NCBI GenBank assembly: GCA_010909165.1
Contig: MU008170.1
Location: forward strand, 496,001 to 560,000
Reading direction: 5' to 3'
Origin: Anthoceros angustus
Lineage: Eukaryota > Plantae > Anthocerotophyta
DNA: 64,000 bases
In this document: in pieces, positions 23,810 to 36,528 of the stretch
Position numbering within the stretch: position 1 is the stretch's first letter
How the letters are laid out: each line of letters opens with the position of its first letter
Position numbers and translations under genes: made by a program
The notes under the pieces: model-generated
The model's input: the letters and a program-made list of their open reading frames with translations, nothing else
Told to the model about the DNA's origin: nothing
The model's database searches: none

Positions 23810-24070
23810 ATCTTCGTGCTGAAGTTTCCAATAATCACCACCGGTGACATTATGAGGGATGGCCTCAAGAAAAAATCTCAGCTCAGACTCCATCATTTCT
23901 TGATTGATTTGTTGTATCAAATGCTGGTAGTCCTGGTTGCTGAAGATGCTGTCAGCTCCCTCATCCCCAGCATGGACTCGTGGTCAGATTCTGAGAAACG
24001 TTGCTCTCCAGGTACAAGACAGTCTCTTCCCCACTCTCAGATTTTGCCTCTGCCACTTCAACAGATACAA
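23810..24070 (-). pseudogene. Inverted, internally deleted copy of part of exon 3 of the 21264-22702 gene
   Basis: Reverse complement matches about 22210-22290 joined to about 22400-22570 (IQQINQEMMESELRFFLEAIPHNVTGGDYWKL). Confidence 0.8.
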
Positions 24071-24257
24071 ATGGCGATCTTATTCATCTTCTTCACGTTG
24101 TCATTTTTATCTTTTGATTATGTATACGCCTAAACTCGCAGCACCCAACCAGTAAGCAAAACTTGTCAGACTAAGCCAGTCAGACTTTGCTGAGTCCTGA
24201 ACCACCTTCAAGACTCAGCAAAACCATGAACGGTACAAGGGAGGTGACATCAGCGGC

Positions 24258-24524
24258 ATGGAGTTCCTAGGTCCCCAGTGGTCCATGGAAATGATCAAGC
24301 GAAACAATATGGCGCTAGATGCTGACCTGAGATTTCTTCTTCAGGCCATCCCTAATAAATTCACCTGTGGTGCTGATTTGAAACTGCATGATGAACCCCT
24401 GCACAAGCAACGGGAAAGGTCAGATCCTGACCCACACTCATGTCTGCTGGAAGAAACTGCATTCGAACTCAGCATAGTTGGACTGACGCTTGACTGTGTG
24501 CTGCAGGATATTTGGTTTCGTTAG
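24258..24524 (+). pseudogene. Fourth copy (direct) of the same C-terminal module
   Basis: ALDADLRFLLQAIPNKFTCGADLKLHDEPLHKQRERSDPDPHSCLLEETAFELSIVGLTLDCVLQDI. Confidence 0.7.
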
Positions 24525-24834
24525 CATGTCTTTTGGACATGTTTTTGACAGACATAACCGCATCGACTTATGTTGACAAGAGATGTCGGATGGGATCTAA
24601 ATATCTCATTACACAAACGAATAGATGTCAAGAAGAGGAAAATAGGTCCATGCTTGGAAGCTATGTTATGGAAGAAAACTACTGTGAAAATTTTGCCTAA
24701 TCCTTCTGACTTAAGGGGTGCGTTGTATGGCGGGAGAGGAGTTGGAAGAATTTTATTTATGGAGGGACGATCTTTAACCCCAGAAGAAGTGCGGATGGTG
24801 TTCGATAACAAGAATGGTAAAAATAAGGATACAA

Positions 24835-24965
24835 GTGAAAATATTAAAAACAAACATACGATTGAAAACGTGAAAAACAAACATACGACTGAAAATGTTA
24901 AAAACAAACATACGGGTGCAAATGTCAAAAACAAACGTCCAAATAATGATGTTAAAAATAAATAA
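24835..24965 (+). repeat. 27-bp minisatellite, about 5 copies (reads ENVKNKHTx in one frame)
   Basis: GAAAAYRTKAAAAACAAACATACG-type units. Confidence 0.8.
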
Positions 24966-25705
24966 AAACATACAGACGAGTGAAAATGTACTGCGAGGAC
25001 TCCAAATGGGATTCGTCGTTATGGGGTTAAGTATGGGGTTAAGTTTACAGGTACCTATGAGGGTTAAGTCTACAGGCACTATGTATATATTTTACAAGCG
25101 TCCATGATGGTTACTTATGGACTGACCGTTAGCCATACAACGTGACAACGCGATAATTTCAATGTCAATATTTTTACATTCTGTATATTATGATTATTTA
25201 CATATAGTATTCTAAGAAACATATTAATCTATAATCATTTTGAGGTCATACATAGATAACCTGAAACCCGTCTGTCAAGAACGAAGAAGAAGAAGAAGAA
25301 GAATATATTATAGTCCACTTGGACGGAATTTTCCTGTCATGGGGCTTGGTACTTAACAGAAGAAGAAGAATATATTATAATCCACTTTGACGGAATTTTC
25401 CTGTCATGGAACTTGGTACTTAACAACTTGTACTATAGTGTGCACAAGCTACTTGCACCAAGGGCATCCACTGCCTTTAGGCACCCCATCTAAGTACCGA
25501 TCTAAGCGCATGATGCTTAAGATCTCAGTGCAGGATGCTTAAGATCTAAGCGCAAGATGCTTAATAACGGCTTTTTTATAAATATGTGTCCATTTGGCCT
25601 AAGTAATTTGGCCTAAGCAAATAATCTCGAACAAAATACAAGATAAGAAAGTTGTTTGTAATATTTGGATACTAGAACTGGAAAAAGATCAAAAACTTCT
25701 TTCAA

Positions 25706-25843
<138 letters not shown>

Positions 25844-27202
25844 TTTGAAGGGGGTAGGGGTGTTCGATCTTGCTTTTTAATTTGAAATAATAATATGTAG
25901 TTTGAAGAGGTAGGGGCGTTCGGTAGCGTCAATTCCAGGTTAATTTTGTATGTCCGTCATTCCTTAATATGTACATGCGGTCAGCTCAAAAATGGAAAAA
26001 CTGTCGTGAGTGCACCAACAAGCACCTAACATGTATTTGTGCACTCAGGATAGTTATGCATCTCAAACAGCTTAATTTTATAAGCGAGGCCCCATTCTAA
26101 GGTTTTAAGGTTTGCAAACTCCTATTTTGGAAACATATTTAGGAGTTCAATAACATCGCCTCTCTGGATCCAACCTAAGATCTTAGAAATAAAAAACACA
26201 TAAAAACCATTGTTTCGATCTGTAAGATTTGCGCCACTTCCTTCTCTTTCAGTGGCTATTGTCAAACATGTCCTCGAAAGCACTAGTCCAGTTAGAGTTC
26301 ACGATGCCCCAGCAACGTGTCTGTATCACGATAGGTGTCTCATGATTAGTTGGACCTACTCGAACTTCACCAACTACATCAATTTCGGTTGCTTGTTCAA
26401 TTTCGTCAACATTGACCAATCCAGCATTTTGGGCCATTTCTTTGTCCAAGAGTTGGTAAGAAACGTCACAACCATCGTTCATCATTCTCACCTAGCCTTG
26501 AAATTGTTGAACTTAGAATAACTTGGTCTTGATAAGCTCACGTGTCCAGACATATAAAGTGCTCTTCTGGGTCACTGCAAACCCATACGCTAAAATGTTT
26601 TTGTCTGAAATTAGGAGCCGATCAAGGTGCTTAAGGTTTATGCAGGGCAACATGGTGGGCAAGCAATGTTTCTTGTTTTGGTTGTATCTAGCAAGATAAA
26701 TGAGCAATAAAAGCAAAAACATACTTAAAAAACACAAATCATTAATCATTGCATGAATTAAACCAAGAGCTAACTCTAGTCCCAACTAAATCACAACAAA
26801 AGTATGAAGAATGGCCGACTAAATAGTCATTAGTCTCTATGCATAGATCATCAAGACATACTTGATCTCCAGCATACCATACTTACTTAATCTCCAACAC
26901 ACTATACTTGTGCAAAAATACACGATAAGAATGTTTTCGTAAACTTGATGAGATTAAAACATGATCATCGCATGCAACAAACTTAAAGAAGCACCATTGC
27001 TTTCATGAAAATCTTGAATATGAACTAATTATTATTTTATTTCATATTTAATAGGTTATTAAGCTTCAAATTGGAATGAAAAGTGATGTTGTTCTTGAAA
27101 TATTGAAAGACTCAACAACATCGCTTCTACACTGAATCCCACAATGAAAAAGTGGGGTTAAGAAAACCTCTCATGGAGAGACCAGTTCAGATTATTTCTC
27201 AA

Positions 27203-27646
27203 CTATCGTGGTGCTAGACAAACTTGGGGTGGAGGTGAATCTATAGAGTATTGCAAATCACAATGATCTCGTCTATATGATGCAGATCGCCTACTGATGC
27301 AATAGTGGTCTAAAAGTTCAACCTCAGCAATTTGTAGGCACAACTTACATAGCTCTTTTATTCGCTCATCTATGGGATCAGCAAAGTAACATGTAACTCT
27401 TCCACTAAAAAAAAATGGAAAAGTTAATATCAAATAATATGGAGATACTTTCGGATAATTCTCTCCTCCGCTTGTAACAAGTGTAGATACCCCAGATCTC
27501 ACAACGTCAATAGCATTATCAAAAGGCCATATTATTTCACCACATCTATACGCAACCCCTGGTCCAAATTCAAATGGTTGTGTCTTTACAAAAACCAATA
27601 CGGTTTGTAATATTAGATATATTTTTAATAGATAAATACATTTCAT
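27203..27646 (-). CDS. Small secreted Cys-rich protein, single Gnk2/DUF26-like domain (paralog 2)
   Basis: 147-aa intronless ORF with a signal-peptide-like N-terminus and C-X13-CKLC...ELLDHYC..RRS....CDLQYSIDS. Shares YRCG, VVRxGVS, PY, ELLDxYC and RRS with 1017-1463. Confidence 0.7.
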   Translation of the reverse strand: MKCIYLLKIYLILQTVLVFVKTQPFEFGPGVAYRCGEIIWPFDNAIDVVRSGVSTLVTSGGENYPKVSPYYLILTFPFFFSGRVTCYFADPIDERIKELCKLCLQIAEVELLDHYCISRRSASYRRDHCDLQYSIDSPPPQVCLAPR

Positions 27647-27741
27647 TCTATATGCTACTGAATGACACCAAATTTCTGAATTTTTGAGTTGAACAAATTT
27701 CAGGATGTGAAATCCTTAGTGCATTGTATATTTATTTTGAT

Positions 27742-27794
<53 letters not shown>

Positions 27795-28345
27795 TGTATG
27801 GAATGTTAGGTCAATATAAAGTGATTTAATATTATTATGTACAGCTCATAAAAGTTATCACAGTTTATTTGGTCACCAATATATTTTTTGAAAATATCGC
27901 TTAGTTACTTGTCGCTTTTTGGGTTGTTCCTCCTCACACTTCAGGAGTAGATGGGATTTTCCATCTCGTGTATTAATAACGTCTACTCTATTCTATCTTG
28001 TCAAGTATGTTTTGTGTCAAGTCTTTGAAATAGACTATCTTTAAGGAGTTCAAAATCTCATATACCCAATTAACTCTAAGCAACACAACTATATGTGAAA
28101 TGGAATTAATATAATGGCATGTCATCCTCTAGAAAAAAGCTCCTATACACCAACAGGAAATGGTTTATAATCGATGTCCTTGTGCAGCGGATTATGGAGA
28201 ACCTATAACATTTTTAATGTCTCATGTTTTTTGTGGTAATTTATGTTTTTCTCGAATACTCATGGAGAAACCATTTTATATTCTGTTGTATAATTTAAGG
28301 ACTCCTCATCTAAATTACGTAGGAGCCAGCGGTTTTGATGAAAAT

Positions 28346-29675
28346 CTTGAATATGAACAGGACAAGCCTGCCTCACCTGTCAGGCATCAGGGTGCGCTTG
28401 TGGCCAAGGAATCTGCGATGTCCTTGCACAGCTCGAGCCATGTTGCCGTCATAGGTGGGAACGAAGACGTCGCTGGCCACAGCCACCATGTAGTCCAGGG
28501 CTGCCATGCGGTTCTGATAATCCTTGAAGGGACTAAGCTCCTCTGGCGAGGCCAAGGTTTCTTTGGTAACCACCTTGGGAAGAAGGAGGTGAATCTATAG
28601 AGTATTGCAAATCACAATGATCTCGCCTATATGATTAACTATTTGTAAAAATATTCATACTATGAATATATATAACTAGACTCAGAGAAGGGTACCCGTG
28701 ATGGTTTTTACATTAGATGATTTTCATGAGGAAGAAATATTGACAACGGTAAAGGTTTTATATGGGATATTTTATGATAAAAATACTGACAACACTGCGG
28801 TGCTGGGGACCGTCAAGTGATCATTTTAGCGACGCTCAGTACTCTTGTTAGAAAGAACTTTGTTTTCTTACTGGCTATACGAAACAGGCCAAAAGAATTA
28901 AGTACAAATATAACTCATCCCTGTAAGCAGACACCCCTGCAACAAGGGCACCCATAGTGGACTAAGGAACATCAAGACTTCCTCGCATCCCTCAAATTTC
29001 GACTCTTGCTCCTCCGGAGGCCGGATGTACAATTGCGGAGCTTAGATAGGAGGAATGCAACCAGGCTCTCCTTCACGGGATTTATTGCAAACAATGACCT
29101 ATACAATGTCGAAACGGGATGCAATGGGAAAATGTTAGGTCAATATAAAGTGATTTAATATTATTATGTACAGCTCATAAAAGTTATCACAGTTTATTTG
29201 GTCACCAATATATTTTTTGAAAATATCGCTTAGTTACTTGTCGCTTTTTGGGTTGTTCCTCCTCACACTTCAGGAGTAGATGGGATTTTCCATCTCGTGT
29301 ATTAATAACGTCTACTCTATTCTATCTTGTCAAGTATGTTTTGTGTCAAGTCTTTGAAATAGACTATCTTTAAGGAGTTCAAAATCTCATATACCCAATT
29401 AACTCTAAGCAACACAACTATATGTGAAATGGAATTAATATAATGGCATGTCATCCTCTAGAAAAAAGCTCCTATACACCAACAGGAAATGGTTTATAAT
29501 CGATGTCCTTGTGCAGCGGATTATGGAGAACCTATAACATTTTTAATGTCTCATGTTTTTTGTGGTAATTTATGTTTTTCTCGAATACTCATGGAGAAAC
29601 CATTTTATATTCTGTTGTATAATTTAAGGACTCCTCATCTAAATTACGTAGGAGCCAGCGGTTTTTGATGAAAAT
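28346..29675 (+). other. Composite templated insertion built from local fragments
   Basis: Successive matches to 27005-27025, 31147-31391, 27231-27281, 30191-30710 and 27802-28345, each junction sharing 8-9 nt of exact microhomology. Confidence 0.9.
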
Positions 29676-30836
29676 TAATTAATTATAGCTAGTATTAAAA
29701 TTTTAAAAAATATTGAAATGAGTGGCCGAAAACTAAAAAATGCAAAATGGTAAAGTGCCAAAAACATGCTGGTGTGTACACACCTCGATTGTAAGGAGTG
29801 GGAGAATGCACACCCTGGTGAGAGGAGGGGGAGAGCGCACACCTCCGCCAGGATCCAAGCTCCCGATTGCACATCGAGATTGGATTCAATCCTTCGAGGG
29901 GTTCAATTTCTGTGCAAATATGAGCAAGTCTCAAAAGCCATGGTGTTAACAAGGTAAATAGATAAAATAAATCATAATATTTATCCACTATCTTTTGTGA
30001 GGTATACAAGTTGAAACTTCTTTTTTCAAATGACTACTTAGTTGACATTAGGCAGTCCAAAACCGATGGATCTCGTAATAGATGAGACGTGATACTTTTT
30101 TGAACAGGAGCTGAAACTTATGAATTCCACATATTATCCTCCTCAATTATTTGAATACGATCGTTTGTCTAAATTTATGACTTAAATATGCTATATGATT
30201 AACTATTTGTAAAAATATTCATACTATGAATATATATAACTAGACTCAGAGAAGGGTACCCGTGATGGTTTTTACATTAGATGATTTTCATGAGGAAGAA
30301 ATATTGACAACGGTAAAGGTTTTTATATGGGATATTTTTATGATAAAAAAATACTGACAACACTGCGGTGCTGGGGACCGTCAAGTGATCATTTTAGCGA
30401 CGCTCAGTACTCTTGTTAGAAAGAACTTTGTTTTCTTACTGGCTATACGAAACAGGCCAAAAAGAATTAAGTACAAATATAACTCATCCCTGTAAGCAGA
30501 CACCCCCTGCAACAAGGGCACCCATAGTGGACTAAGGAACATCAAGACTTCCTCGCATCCCTCAAATTTCGACTCTTGCTCCTCCGGAGGCCGGATGTAC
30601 AATTGCGGAGCTTAGATAGGGAGGAATGCAACCAGGCTCTCCTTCACGGGATTTATTGCAAACAATGACCTATACAATGTCGAAACGGGATGCAATGGGA
30701 AAATGTTAGGCCATGGATCCCAGCCATGGGTGATTGGTACACCACTGCCCTTGTTGTTCAGAAAGGGATCAAAGAATTTTTTATTGGGCTAAAACAATGA
30801 ATGAATACCTACACAGGATAGGGGAAGAGAGGTCGG

Positions 30837-33800
30837 CTATCGTTGTCTCAGCTTGTGCTGCACAGCAGGAGAGGGAGCCCGGCACAAGCACTCAGTTGGG
30901 TTAGCATAGAAATTCTCTTCCTGCTTCACTCTGGATGGAGACAAAGGCTTCCTGTCATGGTGCGATCCTTGCCTACTCCTGTGTGTCCTCTGTACCTGCT
31001 TCTTCAGTGAGATCCAATCCAGATCCCCACTGGTATAGGCATCCAAGAGCTTCACGAGCTCAACCCTGGAGACAAAAAGCCCCTAAGAATTCAGTCTGTT
31101 TGAAACTTACACTGGAAAACGCAAGCAACTATCTGTGGGCTTGTGCAATATGAACGGGACAAGCCTGCCTCACCTGTCAGGCATCAGGGTGCGCTTGTGG
31201 CCAAGGAATCTGCGATGTCCTTGCACAGCTCGAGCCATGTTGCCGTCATAGGTGGGAACGAAGACGTCGCTGGCCACAGCCACCATGTAGTCCAGGGCTG
31301 CCATGCGGTTCTGATAATCCTTGAAGGGACTAAGCTCCTCTGGCGAGGCCAAGGTTTCTTTGGTAACCACCTTGGGGAAGAAGGAGGTGAAGGACTTCAT
31401 CCGCTGCTCACCGCCGTAGATCTGGCCTGCAGCGACGTAGATGACGGTCTCCTCCGGGTATCCCATAGCCTTGAGCATGAGCCCAATTTCACGGGGAGTG
31501 AGGGGGCACGAGCCTTCTGCTCGCCTCTGTACTGGGTCGATCTCTTTCTCCTTCCACCGGCTCACATTGTACCGGATCCCTTTTAGCTCTAGGGACTCCC
31601 GATGACTCAACCCGAATGTGCATCCGGAGAAGGCCAGCATGTCTTTCTCGTACCTGCAGCAACGTACGCAGAGGAGATCAGCACCCTCCCACCGGGCAGC
31701 AGGGCGTCATGCAATGCGAGTCATTTACCTCAAGTGCAGTGCGATGAATGGGCCTTGGCTTTTCAGTCTCTTGATGATCTTGTTGGCTAGATCTCGGATC
31801 GCTGGATGGAATGTGAGAGCCCGGTAGTTTGCTCTGCAACGCAAACGCTGGATGTCGCGGTCTATCCGATTGTTTGCAAGTCGGGAGTCTGTAAGCACAA
31901 ACCGGATTACTTGATGCTCCTTCAGCAGCGGCAGAATCTCTTCCTCATAGTAACTTGTCTGCGGCAAGACAGCAGGAAGGAGTGTTAGCTCTGAGTTTTT
32001 CAGCTGTAGCAAGTTGGTAGCAGCTGCAGTTGTGAAAAGAAATGGGAGTTCGGGCTAACCTCAGACCATGAACGAGGAGCAAGCTCAAACACAGTACGAT
32101 TCTGCAAGTGCGGAGGAAGGGCCATGACCACTTTGACATCGTCCTGGAGAGAGGTGATGAAGTGCTCCACGTCAAAGACCTTTCCAAAGTCACTGCAAGA
32201 GGGAGACTGTTCATTGACATGCGCACAAAGCGTGAACCGCCGAATACATGCCTTCTTTGGATAAAGCTCTGCCCCCTTTCATACCTTGGGTCCGCCCAGT
32301 AGGAAGTATGATCTAGTTCCGGAATGACCAGGGTGGCATTCAAGACTCGGGCCACAGCCACCATGTCACAAATCTGGCACATAGAGTTACTGCAAAAATG
32401 AGAAAAAAAATTGAACGAATAACACTTCCAGGCCTCATCACAGACTCAGATGTACGTGCTCGTACCCCAGTGCGCATTTGATTGAGTCCTCCATTTGCAA
32501 ACATCAGAATGTATCCATTGGTCGTATCCGTAGCTCCTGCCCGAGAGGGAGGCAGAGTTAAGAAGCCAATAAAGGGACTAGAATCACACCCAAGGAGATG
32601 AGCAAATTGTGCGTGAAAGGTGCAGGAAGCCTTACTTTGGTAATGGTCCGCAGGCTTTACACATTGCTTCAATTTGCCGGAGCTCAGGGGCTTTGCCCAA
32701 GGATATAGATCTCCCCAGTTTGACTGATGAAGATAATCAGGTAAGGTGATGGAATTGGGAAAGCCTTCGAAAAAAAAAAAAACAAGCCAAGGTCCAGCGA
32801 GGACGGAAGGTCCACAAAGCATACCTGATCAATAGCTGAAGTATCCACACCTGGAAGGCCTTGTTCTTTATCTCCCACCCTTCTGACCACATCAGAGGCT
32901 AGAAAAGAAGAATCGCTTCTTTCCTCAGACGCTAAGTCTACTGACTGGGTTACCCAGCTTTTCAATTGCTTGCGGTCGCTGCGCACCTGCCCATCAAGAA
33001 CAGGAATGGGTGGTCCAGTGTCACTAGCCTGAAACTGTGTGAGCTCCTGTCCAGTTTGACTAGATTGGGCCACACTTTGTGAATGAGAAGATAGTTGGTG
33101 GAAACTGTGACCATCCTCCGGCCTGGAGGCAACTCTCGACCTGGAGACTTCATTGTTGGCTATCTGTTTGAGGGGCGTGGGAAGAGCCTTCCAATACTGT
33201 CCTAAAACACCTGAATCTGTCAAGGAATCTTCTCTCAAAACATTTATTGGCATATCCGAGACAACTGATTGCACTTGTCCCAACGTTGGCACCTGCAATG
33301 TCCATCAGAGTGTGTTCGTGTGAAGTCCATTAGCTTGTGTTCAAAGACATAGATGACTATTTCAATTGCTATGTTGCTGAACTGAAATCATGCGACTCCT
33401 AGACTGGGTTGCTTTGGAGGACCAGGTCAGGGTGGAGTTTAGGCAGGGAATTCAGACCTACAAGCATTTGCTTAAGCAGATGCGGACAAAGTTGATTCAA
33501 CGAAGTTCCTAAAACTGGGTACTTTAACGCAAGAAGATCTTCAGGCGTAGGTAAGGGTTCGTTTGGAACAGACACAGGAAGAGAGAAGCAAGAAGAAGAA
33601 GAGCCTCCCAGAGAAGCCAAACAAAAGAGGAGCGACACATACACACGGAAGGGAGGCAGCAAAAAAGATACAACAATGAGAGCAAGAACACACCTTGAGA
33701 GGATTGATGAGGACACCGAACCCCCCTGTCACAATCTGCAGAAGAAGAAACATGGAGACCAACCCACTGATGCAGCAAGTGGCCAAAACTCTGGTCTTGC

Positions 33801-34084
33801 GTACAGCCTGGTCCGCGGAATGCAGTCTTCTCTGAGGCCCCATTCCACAGCCCCCAACATCCACTACACCCACGTCCAGGGATTCGTTCCTGTTAATCCC
33901 TGCGGGCGACGGAGCTGCTCCAGCAACGGACGGCCTGTCCAGCTTCTCGAACTTGCTGTCCTGTCTCAGAATTGCAGACGAATTCACCGAGTTCTTTATC
34001 TCCAGGTGCACCTGCAGATCATTCATAGCCCCGCGCATGGAACTGACCCGTCGGAGGCCTTTCCACAACAGTCATGGCCACCAT
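30837..34084 (-). CDS. Plant O-fucosyltransferase family protein (GT106/DUF246), multi-exon, with apparent indel errors in exon 1
   Basis: Motifs [122 protein letters not shown] and [13 protein letters not shown]; TAG at 30837. Confidence 0.92.
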
Positions 34085-34872
34085 CGATCCCGGCATCCAC
34101 TTCCTCAAGCGCAGTCGGAATTCCTTCCTACCTCTTTCCTTCCTTCCTTCCTTCAGCAGGCCAGCGCAATTCGAAAACTTCTTTCCTTCCTTTTTTTCAG
34201 CGCGGCAGCGCAATTCGAAAATCCATGGCTCTAAACCGCTCGCTCTACACCACACAATCTGCTGCCAGAAACGTCACAACCTGCTACCAAAAACGTCAAG
34301 AAGGACTTTCCTTCCCCGATGCCCTAATAGCTCGCCTGCCTATCACAAGGGGGATCGTTCACCCTGGGATCTGCCTCGCTGCTTCCTACTCTCTTCCGGA
34401 TCTACATACCGGGACGAAACACAGAATCCGAAAGCCGCATTGTGACCTCCCGCAAACGGCCACACCCCGACCCGCTCAAGGCATCCCTGCGCCCATGCTT
34501 GCGCCCACATCCATAGTCCTGCTACTCTTTCTCAATCTCCTTATTGAGCCATGAGTCCACCGAGAAGGAAGAAGCGGACGCCTGGTCCCCGAGGCCAACA
34601 TACTCCATTTCTCGTCCATAAGTAGCCAACCACCCAGGATCGGAAACCCCCAATACCGGGCTCAGCTGCACATAAGAGACGGAATCTGCATTGCGCTGCT
34701 GCGGGTGATCGCCGAATTGAGACCCCCGAACTCGACCAATCTACGCCACCTGCACATCATCCAGGCACCAGGTCCTCGGCATTGCAGCAATGCAGCAGCG
34801 GGAAGCAGGGGGCGGAATTCCGGGCGATCCGGGCCGGGGGCTGGTGGCCGCAAGACAACCAATCCCAGAACC

Positions 34873-36528
34873 ACACCTGAATCTGTCAAGGAATCTTCTC
34901 TCAAAACATTTATTGGCATATCCGAGACAACTGATTGCACTTGTCCCAACGTTGGCACCTGCAATGTCCATCAGAGTGTGTTCGTGTGAAGTCCATTAGC
35001 TTGTGTTCAAAGACATAGATGACTATTTCAATTGCTATGTTGCTGAACTGAAATCATGCGACCCTAGACTGGGTTGCTTTGGAGGACCAGGTCAGGTGGA
35101 GGCAGGAATTCAGACCTACAAGCATTTGCTTAAGCAGATGCGGACAAAGTTGATTCAACGAAGTTCCTAAAACTGGGTACTTTAACGCAAGAAGATCTTC
35201 AGGCGTAGGTAAGGGTTCGTTTGGAACAGACACAGGAAGAGAGAAGCAAGAAGAAGAAGAGCCTCCCAGAGAAGCCAAACAAAAGAGGAGCGACACATAC
35301 ACACGGAAGGGAGGCAGCAAAAGATACAACAATGAGAGCAAGAACACACCTTGAGAGGATTGATGAGGACACCGAACCCCTGTCACAATCTGCAGAAGAA
35401 GAAACATGGAGACCAACCCACTGATGCAGCAAGTGGCCAAAACTCTGGTCTTGCGTACAGCCTGGTCCGCGGAATGCAGTCTTCTCTGAGGCCCCATTCC
35501 ACAGCCCCCAACATCCACTACACCCACGTCCAGGATTCGTTCCTGTTAATCCCTGCGGGCGACGGAGCTGCTCCAGCAACGGACGGCCTGTCCAGCTTCT
35601 CGAACTTGCTGTCCTGTCTCAGAATTGCAGACGAATTCACCGAGTTCTTTATCTCCAGGTGCACCTGCAGATCATTCATAGCCCCGCGCATGGAACTGAC
35701 CCGTCGGAGAGGCCTTTCCACAACAGTCATGGCCACCATCGATCCCGGCATCCACTTCCTCAAGCGCAGTCGGAATTCCTTCCTACCTCTTTCCTTCCTT
35801 CCTTCCTTCAGCAGGCCAGCGCAATTCGAAAACTTCTTTCCTTCCTTTTTTTCAGCGCGGCAGCGCAATTCGAAAATCCATGGCTCTAAACCGCTCGCTC
35901 TACACCACACAATCTGCTGCCAGAAACGTCACAACCTGCTACCAAAACGTCAAGAAGGACTTTCCTTCCTGATGCCCTAATAGCTCGCCTGCCTATCACA
36001 AGGGGATCGTTCACCCTGGGATCTGCCTCGCTGCTTCCTACTCTCTTCCGGATCTACATACCGGGACGAAACACAGAATCCGAAAGCCGCATTGTGACCT
36101 CCCGCAAACGGCCACACCCGACCCGCTCAAGGCATCCCTGCGCCCATGCTTGCGCCCACATCCATAGTCCTGCTACTCTTTCTCAATCTCCTTATTGAGC
36201 CATGAGTCCACCGAGAAGGAAGAAGCGGACGCCTGGTCCCCGAGGCCAACATACTCCATTTCTCGTCCATAAGTAGCCAACCACCCAGGATCGGAAACCC
36301 CCAATACCGGGCTCAGCTGCACATAAGAGACGGAATCTGCATTGCGCTGCTGCGGGTGATCGCCGAATTGAGACCCCCGAACTCGACCAATCTACGCCAC
36401 CTGCACATCATCCAGGCACCAGGTCCTCGGCATTGCAGCAATGCAGCAGCGGGAAGCAGGGGGCGGAATTCCGGGCGATCCGGGCCGGGGGGGCTGGTGG
36501 CCGCAAGACAACCAATCCCAGAACCACA
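34873..36528 (-). repeat. Tandem duplicate (~1.67 kb) of 33207-34875, containing the O-fucosyltransferase 5' exons and leader
   Basis: Near-identical to 33207-34875, differing mainly by 1-3 nt indels; possibly an assembly artefact. Confidence 0.85.

Noticed and set aside
28160-28600. 146-aa plus-strand ORF and a second O-fucosyltransferase gene
   Set aside because: It is the antisense read of a ~245-bp copied fragment inside the templated insertion, not an independent gene.
33676-34554. 292-aa plus-strand ORF (and 35351-35980)
   Set aside because: Antisense to O-fucosyltransferase exon 1 and leader, and the frame differs between the two duplicate copies.
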